NCBI RefSeq assembly: GCF_044704955.1
Contig: NC_091977.1
Location: 12,400,001-12,464,000 of the forward strand
DNA length: 64,000 bases
From: Pristiophorus japonicus
Taxonomy: Eukaryota
Direction of reading: 5' to 3'
Shown here: piece after piece, positions 1-11,254 of the stretch
Layout: each line of letters begins with the position of its first letter
Position numbering within the stretch: position 1 is the first letter of the stretch
The notes under the pieces: generated by a model
Seen by the model: only the letters and a program-made list of their open reading frames with translations
What the model was told of the DNA's origin: nothing
The model's database searches: none
Position numbers and translations under genes: made by a program

Positions 1-423
1 CAATAATCATTTACTTTAATTCCTCTTGCTCACTAGACCCTTGGTTCCCTTGTATTTCTGGGAGGTTATTTATATCCTCTTCCGTGAAGATAAAACCGAA
101 GTATTTATTTAATTGTTCTGCCATTTCCTTGTTCCCCATTACAAATTCACCCATTTCTGTCTGTAAAGGACCTATATTAGTCTTCACTAATCTTTTTCTT
201 TTTACGTACTTGTAGAAACTTTTGCAGTCGAAGGTTGGGCCCAAATGGTCTCCTTCTGCGCCGTAAATTTCTATGTTACACAATGCCTTAGTAGGCTCCT
301 CAACATGCTGGTCTAAAAAACCATCTCGTACACACGCCAAGAATTCATCTGCCACAGATTATTACTAATTTGGTTTGGCCAGGTTATATGTAGATTAAAG
401 TCACCTACAATTACTGTGGTACT

Positions 424-634
424 TGTTGTGTATCTGTAAAGCATGCACTCCCATGTTCCGCCACCAGGGAGCGCATCCCCTGAAGTCCCAAGGGATCCCA
501 GCATCCCTTGGGAGCACTGTATATAAGCCGGCCCGTAAGGCCTGTTACTCACTCTGGAGTGTCTCAATAAAGTCTGAGGTCACTGTTACTTTAACCTCCC
601 TGTGTGCAGTCTCATTTGTGTTAGGAACACAACA
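424..634 (+). repeat. 5' LTR, Gypsy family A
   Basis: TGTTG...CAACA termini, TATATAA at 520, AATAAA; direct repeat of 4825-5035. Confidence 0.97.
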
Positions 635-666
635 ACTAGCGATGAGTATACGAATCCAACACAAAG

Positions 667-3600
667 ATGCAGAAAACTGTGGGCATCCTGGAGAAGTTCT
701 CGGCGGGTGAGGACTGGGAAGCCTATGTCGAACGGTTAGACCAATACTTTGTAGCCAACGAGCTGGACGGAGAAGGAAGTGCTGCAAAAAGGAGAGTGGT
801 CCTCCTCACGGTCTGCGGGGCACCGACCTACAGCCTCATGAAGAATTTTCTGGCTCCGGTGAAACCCACAGATAAGTCGTATGAGGAGCTGTCGACACTG
901 GTTCGGAAGCATCTTAACCCGAGGGAGAGCATGCTGATGGCGAGGTATCGGTTCTACACGTACCAGCGATCTGAAGGTCAGGAAGTGGCGAGCTACGTCG
1001 CCGAGCTAAGGCGACTTGCAGGACAATGTGAGTTTGATGGCTACCTGGAGCAAATATTCAGTGACTTTTTTGTACTGGGCATTGGCCACGAGACCATCCT
1101 ACGAAAACTTTTGACTGTAGAGACACTGACCCTAAGTAAGGCCATTGCGATAGCACAGACGTTTATGTCCACCAGTGATTACACCAAAATAAATCTCAGC
1201 ACACAAGTGCTAGCAATGTTCATAAATTAACTGGAACTGCGTTTGCGAGCAGAAATGTACAGGGCAGAAACCACGAGTCTGCAACTGCCAGCTGGCCTCA
1301 GGTGACCCAGATGGCTCAGAGTTTGCAACAAAGGATAAATGCAAGGCAATTCACACCTTGTTAGTGTTGTGGAGGCTTCCATTCAGCCTATTCATGCCGC
1401 TTCAAAGGGTATGTTTGCAAAAGCAGTGGAACAATGGGGCACCTCCAACGAACTTGCAGACGAGCTGCAAGCTCTGCAAAACCTGCTAACCATCACGTGG
1501 CAGAGGAAGATGGGTCCATGGTGGACCAAAGCAATTTCGAGCCTCAGAGAGAGGAGGCAGATGCTGAAGTACATGGGGTGCACACATTTTCGACGAAATG
1601 TCCATCTATAATGCTAAACGTAAAATTGAATGGCTTACCCGTAGCCATGGAACTGGACACTGGTGCTAGCCAATCCATCATGAGTAAAAAGATGTTTGAG
1701 AGATTGTGGTGCAACAAGGCACTCAGCCCAGCCCTGAGCCCCATCCAAACGAAACTGAGAACGTACACCAAAGAGCTTATCACTGTCCTGGGCAGCACCA
1801 TGGTCAAGGTCACCTACGAGAGCACGGTGCATGAACTGCCACTCTGGATTGTCCCGGGCAATGGCCCCACGCTGCTTGGAAGGAGCTGGCTGGGCAAAAT
1901 CCGCTGGAACTGGGATGACATCCGAGCGCTATCACATGTCGATGAGGCCCCATGTACCCAGGTTCTTAACAAATTTCCTTCCCTTTTTGAGCCAGGCATT
2001 GGAAACTTTTCGGGGGCGAAGGTGCGGATCCACTTGGTCCCAGAGGCACGACTCATTCACCACAAGGCACGAGCGGTACCTCACATGATGAGGAAGAGAG
2101 TGGAAATTGAGCTGGACAGGCTGCAACGCGAGGGCATCATCTCCCCAGTGGAATTCAGAGAGTGGGCCAGCCCGATTGTTCCAGTACTCAAAAGTGATGG
2201 CACGGTCAGGATTTGCAGCGATTATAAAGTAACTATTAATCATTTCTTGCTACAGGACCAATACCCACTACCTAAGGTAGACGACCTATTTGTGACGCTG
2301 GCAGGAGGCAAGATGTTCACCAAGCTCGACCTGACTTCGGCCTACATGACGCAGGAGCTGGAGGAGTCTTCGAAGGGCCTCACCTGTATCAACACGCACA
2401 AGGGACTGTTCATCTACAACAGATGCCTGTTTGGAATTCGGTCGACTGCAGCGATCTTCCAGAGAAACATGGAGAGCCTACTCAAGTCAGTACCATGCAC
2501 GGTGGTTTTTCAGGACGACATATTGGTCACGGGTCGGGACACCGTCGAGCACCTACAAAACCTGGAGGAGGTTCTCCAGCAACTGGATCGCGTAGGGCTG
2601 CGGCTGAAGAGGTCGAAATGAGTCTTCATGGCAACAGAAGTGGAGTTTTTGGGGAGAAAGATCGCAGATGATGGCATTCGGCCCACAGACGCCAAGACAG
2701 AGGCTGTCAGTAACGCGCCCAGGCCACAGAACGTCACGGAGCTACAGTCGTTCCTGGGAATCGTCAACTATTTTGGTAACTTCTTACCAGGGTTAAGCAC
2801 CCTTTTAGAACCCCTACATATGTTATTGTGTAAAGGTGAGAACTGGGTATGGGAAAAAAAACATGTAATTGCTTTTGAGAAAGCCAGCAACATTTTATGC
2901 TCCAACAAGCTGCTTGTATTGTATAACCTGTGTAAAAGACTCATGCTAGCATGTGATGCATCATCGTACGGAGTCGGGTGTGTATTATAGCAAGCTAACG
3001 TTGCGGGGAAGTTGCAACGTGTCGCCTATGCTTCCAAGAGCTTGTCTAAGGCCGAGAGGGCCTACAGCATGATTGAGAAAGAGGCATTAGCGTGTGTGTT
3101 TGGGGTAAAGAAAATGCATCAGTACCGTGACAGATGATTTATCATTTTCAAATGGCCTCAAATTTGAGCTGGAAACCGATCACAAGCCCCTCATATCCCT
3201 ATTCGCTGAAAACAAGGGGATAAATACTAATGCCGCAGCCCGCATACAAAGTTGGGCACTCGCGCTATCAGCGTATAACTATACCATCCACCACAGGCCA
3301 GGCACCGAGAACTGTGCAGATGCTCTCAGTCGGCTACCATTGACCACCATGAAGGTGAAAATGGCGCAGCCTGCAAACTTGTTGATAGTGGCGCAGCCCG
3401 CAGACTTGCTGATGGTCATGGAAGCGTTTGAAAATGATAAATCACCTGTCACGGCCCGTCAGATTAGGACTTGGACCAGCCAAGATCCTCTGATGTCCCT
3501 AGTAAAAAACTGTGTACTGCATGGGAGCTGGGCCAGCATCCCCGTTGAAATGCAAGAGCCAATCAAGCCATTCTAGCGGCGAAAGGGCGAGCTGTCCATT

Positions 3601-4793
3601 CAGGCAGACTGCCTGTTGTGGGGTAACCGTGTAGTGCTACCAAAAAAGGCCATGGAGACGTTCATCTCGGATCTCCACAGCACACACCTGTGGATAGTAA
3701 TGATGAAAGCGATAGCCAGATCCCACGTATGGTGGCCCGGTATCGACTCTGACTTAGAGTCCTGTGTACGGCAATGCAGCGTGTGTGCTCAGTTGAGCAA
3801 AGCGTCCAGAGAGGAACCACTAAGTTTGTGGTCCTGGACCTCCAGACCATGGTCGAGGATCCATGTCAACTATGCGGGCCCGTTTCTTGGTAAAATATTC
3901 CTCGTGGTGGTGGGTGCTTTTTCAAAATGGATTGAATGTGAAATAATGTCGGGAAGCACCGCCACCGCCACCATTGAAAGCCTGAGGGCCATTTTTGTCA
4001 CCCACGGCCTGCCTGACATACTGGTCAGTGACAACGGGCCATGTTTCACCAGTGCTGAATTTAAAGAATTCATGACCCGTAATGGGATCAAACATGTCAC
4101 CTCGGCCCTGTTTAAACCAGCCTCCAATGGGCAGGCAGAATGAGCAGTACAAACAATCAAACAGAGCCTCAAATAAGTCACAGGAAGCTCACTCCAAACC
4201 CGCCTATCCCGAGTACTGCTCAGCTACCGCACGAGACCCCACTCGCTCACAGAGGTGCCCCTGGCTGAGCTACTCATGAAAAGGAGACTTAAAACCAACT
4301 CTCGCTGGTTCACCCCAACCTGCATGATCAGGTAGAGAGCAGGCGGCAGCAACAAAATGTAAACGATGGTCGCGCCACTGTGTCACGGGAAATTGATCTG
4401 AATGACCCTGTGTATGTGCTAAACTATGGACATGGCCCCATGTGGATCGCGAACACGGTGATAGCTAAAGAAGGGAGTAGGGTGTTTGTAGTCAAATTAG
4501 ACAATGGACAAATTTGCAGAAAGCACCTGGACCAAACGAGGCTGCAGTTCACAGACTGTCCTGAACAACCCACAGCAGGCACCATCTTTTTCGAGCCCCC
4601 AACACACACCCAAAGGATCAGGAAATTGAACCCATCACACCCAAACAGCCCAGCAAGGCCAGACTCACCCAGCAGCCCTGCAGGGCCAACAACACGCCAG
4701 CCCAGCGAGGGCACAGCCAACACACCAGAACAGACATTTGTACCGAGGCGGTCCACCAGGGAAAGAAAGGCTCCCGACCGCCTCACCTTGTAA
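667..4793 (+). pseudogene. Gypsy gag-pol polyprotein pseudogene
   Basis: Consecutive ORF pieces 667-1230, 1434-2621, 2628-2990, 3127-3576, 3616-4143, 4380-4793 with gag, zinc knuckle, protease, RT, RNase H and integrase motifs, broken by stops and frameshifts. Confidence 0.95.
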
Positions 4794-4824
4794 ATAGTTT
4801 TCACTTTGACTTTGGGGTGAGTGA

Positions 4825-5035
4825 TGTTGTGTATCTGTAAAGCATGCACTCCCATGTTCCGCCACCAGGGAGCGCATCCCCTGAAGTCCCAAGGGATCCC
4901 AGCAGCCCTTGGGAGCACTGTATATAAGCCGGCCCCTAAAGCCTGTTACTCACTCTGGAGTGTCTTAATAAAGACTGAGGTCACTGTTACTTTAATCTCC
5001 CTGTGCGTAGTCTCATCTGTGTTAGGAACACAACA
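4825..5035 (+). repeat. 3' LTR, Gypsy family A
   Basis: Direct repeat of 424-634, preceded by a PPT. Confidence 0.97.
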
Positions 5036-5889
5036 GTACCCTTGCTACACGCATCTCTAATTTCCTGTTTCATGCCATCCCCTACACTACTGCCACTGTT
5101 TGGAGGCCTATAGACAACTCCCACCAATGTTTTCTGCCCCTTGGTGCTCTTTAGCTCCACCCAGACTGATTCTACATCTTGATTTTCTGAGCCAATATCC
5201 TTTCTCACTATTGCTCTGATTTCATCCTTTACTAACAACGCCACACCACCCCCTCTTTCTTTTTGCCTGTCCTTCCTAAATATCGAATGTCCTTGGATAT
5301 TCAGCTCCCAACCCTGGTCACCCTGCAACCATGTCTCCGTAATTGCAACTATATCGTATCCGTTTACATCTATTTGCGCTGTTAATTTGTCTACTTTATT
5401 CCAGATGCTTCGTGCATTCAGATACAATGCTTTTAAATTTGTCTTTTTAACATTATTAAACATCTTAACATCATTTTGTACTATAGCCCGATTTGTCTTA
5501 TCACTATTTTTTCTTACTTGGACCCTATTTGTTAGTGCACCCGTGTGTTTGTATGCTCTGTCCCTTCCTGACATAATCTGGTTATCCTTACCACTTTCCT
5601 GCATTGCTTCTTTTTCTTTTCTCTCTAGCATTCTAGATTGCTCTCTACTGCGACCATCTTCCCCCCATTCCCCCCTTATTTAGTTGAAAGCCCTGTCTAC
5701 CTCCCTAGTTATTCAGTTCACTAGAACTCTGGTCCCAGCATAGCTCAGGTGTAGTCCATCCCCACGGAACAGCTCTCTCTTTCCCGAGTATTGGTGCCCG
5801 TGCCCCACGAATCGCAACCCACTTCTCCCACGCCAATCTCCGAGCCAAGCATTCATTTGCCTGATTCTTTCGACCCTCTGACATTCCCT

Positions 5890-6033
5890 CAAATGTGACT
5901 ACGTGTTGGTCGGGCTCCTTTGTCATTCATGTAATAGTGGTCAGGTTGGTGTAGTCGCTGGGTGTGAACATACAGGGCAATGTAACCAAAGCTCCCTCGG
6001 TCCCTCTCACCACTGAGTCATTTCCACTAGCAG
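5890..6033 (-). pseudogene. Truncated Ig V-set exon (Siglec-like), not in the ORF track as such
   Basis: Acceptor tcctttcctcAG (6035-6034), phase 1. Translates ASGNDSVVRGTEGALVTLPCMFTPSDYTNLTTIT*MTKEPDQHVVTF: B-strand Cys (TLPC) and C-strand Trp mutated to TGA (5929-5927). Cut off by CR1 at ~5885. Confidence 0.75.
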
Positions 6034-6254
6034 CTGAGGAAAGGACAGACATCACAATATATCAGCGTCTTGATGATGAGAACTTTAATTTGTTTCAGTT
6101 CAGAGCTCTCCCTGTGGTCCATGGGTAGAGGCATTGCCCAGTGTAGTACTCAGCCAGTAAGGATCCCAGAGAATGTGGGGTCAGGGGGCCAGGTAGCAGA
6201 ACGGCTTGAGAGATGGCTACAAAACAGAAAATAGAGGATAGAAGGTAAGGGAAG

Positions 6255-6510
6255 TTTCTCAGACTAGCAGAAAGTGGGAGGTGGTGTCCTTTGACTTACA
6301 TTGAATGGTTCTATTAGTACAACCCAATACCCTGTCTGCTTTGGCAATGGCTTTTCTGCATTGTTCCTGTACCTTGAGTGATCTGTGCACAATAACACCT
6401 GGATCCCTTTCTTTCTGAACTACTTTCAGTGTTTTTCCCTGTAAATGGTAAGTGCATTTTGTGTTGATCCTACCTACCTGCTTCACATTGCATTTATCGA
6501 GGTTAAATGC
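6255..6510 (-). mobile_element. Old CR1 ORF2 C-terminal fragment
   Basis: ORF 6259..6486 ERDPGVIVHRSLKV..KADRVLGC matches the CR1 RT C-terminus seen in other copies here. Confidence 0.7.
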
Positions 6511-6550
6511 CGTATCAAATTGCTCATATTGTGTATTTCAGAATAGTATT

Positions 6551-8086
6551 TATCATGTATGTACATTCTATTTGTAGCCACCAGATGGCGTCATTGTTGG
6601 AGGCCACTGAGCAGCACGCACATGGTGCTGCTCAGGTATAAAAGGCCAGCCATTTTGAGAGTCAGGCACTTTGGGCCTAAATAAAGCAGAGCCAAGGTTG
6701 TACCTTGTTTAGTTAAACAGTACTCAGTTTGAAACTTTATTGCATACTTAACATTTGGCGACGAGAATACAAGAAACTTTCTTTGCAAAATGGGCACGGT
6801 TGGATTTTTAGAGCGATTTGTGGAGGGAAAAGATTGGGCAGACTTTGTGAGCCGTTTGAACCAGTATTTCGTGGCCAACAAAATGGAGGGGGTCGATGAT
6901 GCAGATCGGCGCGGGGCCGTGTTCCTCACTGTGTGCGGTTCGAAGATCTACGGTCTGATAAAGAATCTACTCATGCCCAGTGATCCAACAGAGAAAACGT
7001 ACGAGGAGTTGTGTACATTGGTACGGGAGCACCTCAAGCCAGACGACGGCATCATCGTCTCGAGATACAGGTTTTATACACACGTTCGATCGGAGGGCCA
7101 GAGCGCGGCGGAATTCGTTGGCGACCCGAGACGTCTAGCGGGACCGTGCAAGTTGGGGACGGTGTTGGCAGACATGCTGCGGGACTTCTTGCACAAGTTG
7201 ATCTTGCGCAAACTTCTGACGGTGGAGGAGTTGGATTTAAAAAGGGCCATCCAGATCACTCAATCATGTATGACGATGGACAGGAGTCTAAAGCAAATAT
7301 CGGTGAAGAACCAAACCTCGGCAAGTACTGTAAATGTGATTGATTCGGCATTTAGCAGAGCAGCACATGGCTGCCCAAAGTCTGCCAGCGGGAACGTATC
7401 TGACTTCTCCGTGTTGGCGTTGTGGGGGAGATCATTGGCACCAGCAGTGCCAATTTAAGCAATATAGTTGCAAAGGCTGTCTGAGGGTGGGGCATCTCCA
7501 GCGCAAGTGTCCGCAGATGAGCAAGCGAGTTGCGACAAACCACGTGGCGGATGAGTCAGACTAGCGCGGATCCGGATACGCAATCCGAGATGCCAGAGGA
7601 GGAAGTGTATGGGCTGTACTCTTTTATAACCAAGAGTAAACCAATTTTGATTAATGTGAAGTTTAACGGGATACCGGTATCGCTGGAACTGGACACAGGA
7701 CCGAGTCAATCGATCATGAACGAGAGAGCATTTATTAAGCTGTGGAATACTACGACTGTGAGGTCCAGGCTGAGCCCTGTTAACACCAAGCTGCGCACGT
7801 ACACCAAACTGATAAAGGTGATTGACAGTGCACAAATTAATGTGTCATATAACATTGCGGTTCACGAGTTACCACTGTGGATTGTTCCAGGCAATGCTGC
7901 TCGGCAGGAGCTGGTTGGAGAAAATCAGATGCGACTGGAATGACATAAAGGCGTTGTCATTGGAGTAAGATACATGTGCCCAAGTATTGAACAAGTTCCC
8001 CTCGTTGTTCGAACCAGGCATCGGCAGCTTCACGGGAGCCAAGGTGCAGATCCGCGTGGACTCAGATGCAAGACCCATCCATCATA
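6551..8086 (+). mobile_element. Gypsy (Mag-like) family B: 5' LTR, gag and protease; 3'-truncated
   Basis: LTR ~6551-6753 ending TAACA, TATAAAA at 6637, AATAAA. PBS TGGCGACGAG at 6756-6765. Gag 6790-7458, two CCHC-like knuckles (7340-7564), protease ELDTG. Ends at a CR1 tail. Confidence 0.9.
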
Positions 8087-9157
8087 AACATTGGAACATA
8101 GAAACATAGAAAATAGGTGCAGGAGTAGGCCATTCGGCACTTCGCGCCTGCACCGCCATTCAATAAGATCATAGCTGATCATGCACTTCAGTACTCCATT
8201 CCTGCTTTCTCTCCATACCCCTTGATTCCTTTAGCCATAAGGGCCACATCTAACTCCCTTTTGAATATATCTAACGATCTGGCCTCAACAACTTTCTGTG
8301 GCAGAGAATTCCACATGCTCACAACTCTCTGAGTGAAGAAGTTTCTCCTCATCTCGTTCCTAAATGGCTTACCCCTTATCTTTAGACTGTGTCCCCTGGT
8401 TCTGGACTTCCCCAACATCGGGAACATTCTTCCTGCATCTAACCTGTCCAATCCCGTCAGAATTTTATATGTTTCTATGAGATCCCCTCTCATTCTTCTG
8501 TATTGAATATGAGCCTAGTCGATCCAGTCTTTCTTCATATGTCAGTCCTATTATCCCGGGAATCAGTCTGGTGAACCTTCGCTGCACTCCCTCAATAGCA
8601 AGAATGTCCTTCCTCAGATTAGGAGACCAAAACTGTACACAATATTCAAAGTGTGGCCTCACCAAGGCCCTGTATAACTGTAGTAAGACTGCCCTGCTCC
8701 TATACTCAAATCCTCTCGCTATGAAGGCCAACATGCCATTTGCCTTCTTCACTGCCTGCTGTACCTGCATGCCAACTTTCAATGACTGATGTACCATGAC
8801 ACCCAGGTCTCGTTGCACCTCCACTTTTACTAATCTGTCACCATTCAGATAATAATCTGCCTTCCTGTTTTTGCCACCAAAGTGGATAACCTCACGTTTA
8901 TCTACATTATAAATCTTCTCATCTTTTATCATTAACAAACTTGGCTACGTTACACTCAATCCCTTCTTCCAAGTCGTTAATATAGATTGTAAACAGTTGG
9001 GGTTCCAGCACTGATCCCTGCGACACCTCACTAGTTACTGGTTGCTGGTTGCCAACCAGAGCATTAACCATTTATCCCGATTCTCTGTTTTCTGTTAGTT
9101 AGCTAATCCTCTCTCCATGCTAATATATTACCCCCGACCCCGTGAACTTTTATCTGG
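8087..9157 (-). mobile_element. CR1 LINE 3' fragment
   Basis: (TTTCTATG)n tail, GGTGCAGG...CCTGCACC 3' stem-loop, ORF2 C-terminus (RGDLIE, TRGH, RVV..WNSLP). Confidence 0.92.
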
Positions 9158-9561
9158 CACAAGACTCCCAAAGCAAGTGCTCTACTCGGATCTCCTACAC
9201 GGCAAGCGAGCCCCAGGTGCGCAGAGGAAATGTTTCAAGGACACTCTCAAAGCCTCCTTGATAAAATGCAACATCCCTACCAACGCCTGAGATTCCCTGG
9301 TCAAAGACCGCGCTAAGTGGAAGAAGAGCATCCAGGAGGGCACCTCGTGTCTCGTCGCCGAGAGCATGCAGAAAGCAAGTGCAGGCAGCGGAAGGAGCAT
9401 GCAGCAAACCAGACTCCCCACCCACCCTTTCCTTTTACGACTGTCTGTCCCACCTGTGACAGAGACTGTAATTCCCTTATTGGACTGTTCAGTCACCTAA
9501 GAACTCACTTTTAGAGTGTTAGCAAGTCTTCCTCGATTTCGAGGGAATGCCTATGATGATG
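9158..9561 (+). mobile_element. RTE-clade LINE 3' fragment
   Basis: RLPKQ.LY..L..G.R...FKDTLK and C-terminal CPTC..C.S.IGL.SH.RTH; (ATG)n tail; highly similar to 15448-16120 and 52810-53203. Confidence 0.88.
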
Positions 9562-11250
9562 TATTGTGGTGACCAGAACTGCACACAGTACTCCAGCTGC
9601 GGCCTAACCAGTGTTTTATACAGTTCAGGCTTAACCTCCTTGCTCTGGTGTTCCATGCCTCGACTAATAAAGCCAAGTATTCCATATGCCTTCTTAATTA
9701 TCTTATCTATCTGACATTCTACCTTCAGGAATCTATGGACCACTTTGTTCATCTACACTTTTCAGTGTCACACCATTTAACGTGTATTCCCTTTCCTTGA
9801 TAGAACTCCCCAGATGCATTACCTCACATTTATCTGGATTAAATTCCATTTGCCACTCTCTTGCCCACCTTACTAGTACATTGATATCTTCCTGCAGTCC
9901 GCAGCTTTCTTCTTCATTATCAACCACACACCCTATTTTAGTGTCATCTGCAAACTTCTTAATCATAACCCCAGTAATTAAGTCCAAGTCGTTGATATAT
10001 ACCGCAAAAAGCAAGGGACCCAGCACTGAGCCCTGCGGAGCCCCACTGGATACACCCTTCCAGTCACAAAAACACCCATCAACCATTACCCTTTGCTTTC
10101 TGCCTCCGAGCCAATTTTGGATCCAACTTGCCACTTTTCCCTGCATCCCATGAGCTATTACTTTCATGACCAGTCTGCTATGTGGGGCCTTATCAAAAGA
10201 TTTGCTAAAATCCATATACACCACATCATACACACTGCCCTCATCAACCCTCTTCGGAAAATTCAATCAAGTTAGTCAGACACGACCTTCCCTTAACAAA
10301 TCCATGCTGACTGTCCTTGATTAATCCATGTCTTTCCATGTCCCTCAGGAATTTTTCCAATAATTTTCCCACCTCCAAGCTGACTGGCTTGCAATTACTC
10401 AGTTTATCCCTTTCTCCCTTTTTAAACAACATTAGCAGTCCTCCAGTCCTCTGACACCACACCTGTTGCCAGAGAGGATTGGAAAATGATTGGCAGAAAC
10501 TGCTATTTCCTCTTTTGCTTCGTTCATTAGCCTGAGATACATTTTGTCCGGGCCTGGGGATTTATCCATTTTCAAAGCCCTTAATACTTCCTCTCTAACT
10601 ATGCTTATTTCATATAATATTTCAAACTCCTCCTCCCTGATTGCAATGTCTGCATCACCCCTTTAGATTTGAAAACAGAAGCGAAGTATTCATTAAGAAC
10701 CATACCCACATCTTCTGCCTCCATGCACAGATTACCTTTATGGTCTCTAATAAACCCCACTCTTTCTCTAGTTATCCTCTTGCTCTTAATGTATTTATAA
10801 AAAAATCTTTAGGTTTTCTTTGATTTTACTTGTTCTCTCTTTGCTTCCTAATATCTTTTTTAATTGTACCCTTGCAAATACTCCTCTAGGGTTTCTGCAG
10901 TAATGAGCCCTTGGTATCTGTCATAAGCCTCCCTTTTCTCTTTAACCTACCTTGTATGTCCTTTGACATCCAGCGGCTGTAGGTTTATTAATCTCACCCT
11001 TTTTCTTTAAGGAACATACTTGTTCTGAACCCTCAGGATCTCCTCCTTGAATGCCTCCCACTGCTCTGACACTGATTTACCTTCAAGTAGCCATTTTCAG
11101 TCCACTTTGACCATCTCAGCTGAGCAAAATTGGCTTTTCCACAATTGAGTACTTTTACTCCTGGTCTATCTTTGTCCTTTTCCATAACTACCCTAAATCC
11201 AACTGAATTATGATCTCTTGCGCCAAAATGCTCTCCCACTGATACCCCTT
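9562..11250 (-). mobile_element. CR1 LINE ORF2 fragment (second subfamily)
   Basis: ORF 9733..10266 RT motifs [20 protein letters not shown]. Confidence 0.9.
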
Positions 11251-11254
11251 CTTT

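Larger units (their letters stand above)
424..5035 (+). mobile_element. Full-length Gypsy (Mag-like) LTR retrotransposon, family A copy 1, disabled
   Basis: 211-bp TG...CA LTRs at 424-634 and 4825-5035 (9 differences counted). TSD GTACT/GTACC. Degenerate PBS ACTAGCGATGAG at 635-646, PPT at 4814-4824. Domain order gag-PR(DTGAS)-RT(FQDD)-RNaseH(CDAS)-IN. Confidence 0.97.
1..5880 (-). mobile_element. CR1 LINE, 5'-truncated (end of ORF1 and ORF2 endonuclease), split by the Gypsy element at 424-5035
   Basis: ORF 4987..5631 has APE motifs (LYLNARS, AITETWL, GGGVALLV, GVVYRPP) that continue at <423 (VIVGDFN). 5705-5870 encodes the ORF1 esterase C-terminus (DGLHL). Confidence 0.9.

Noticed and set aside
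4424-4918. Antisense ORFs over Gypsy, CR1 and ERV coding regions (this one and many similar)
   Set aside because: Shadow frames of transposon ORFs with no independent motifs.
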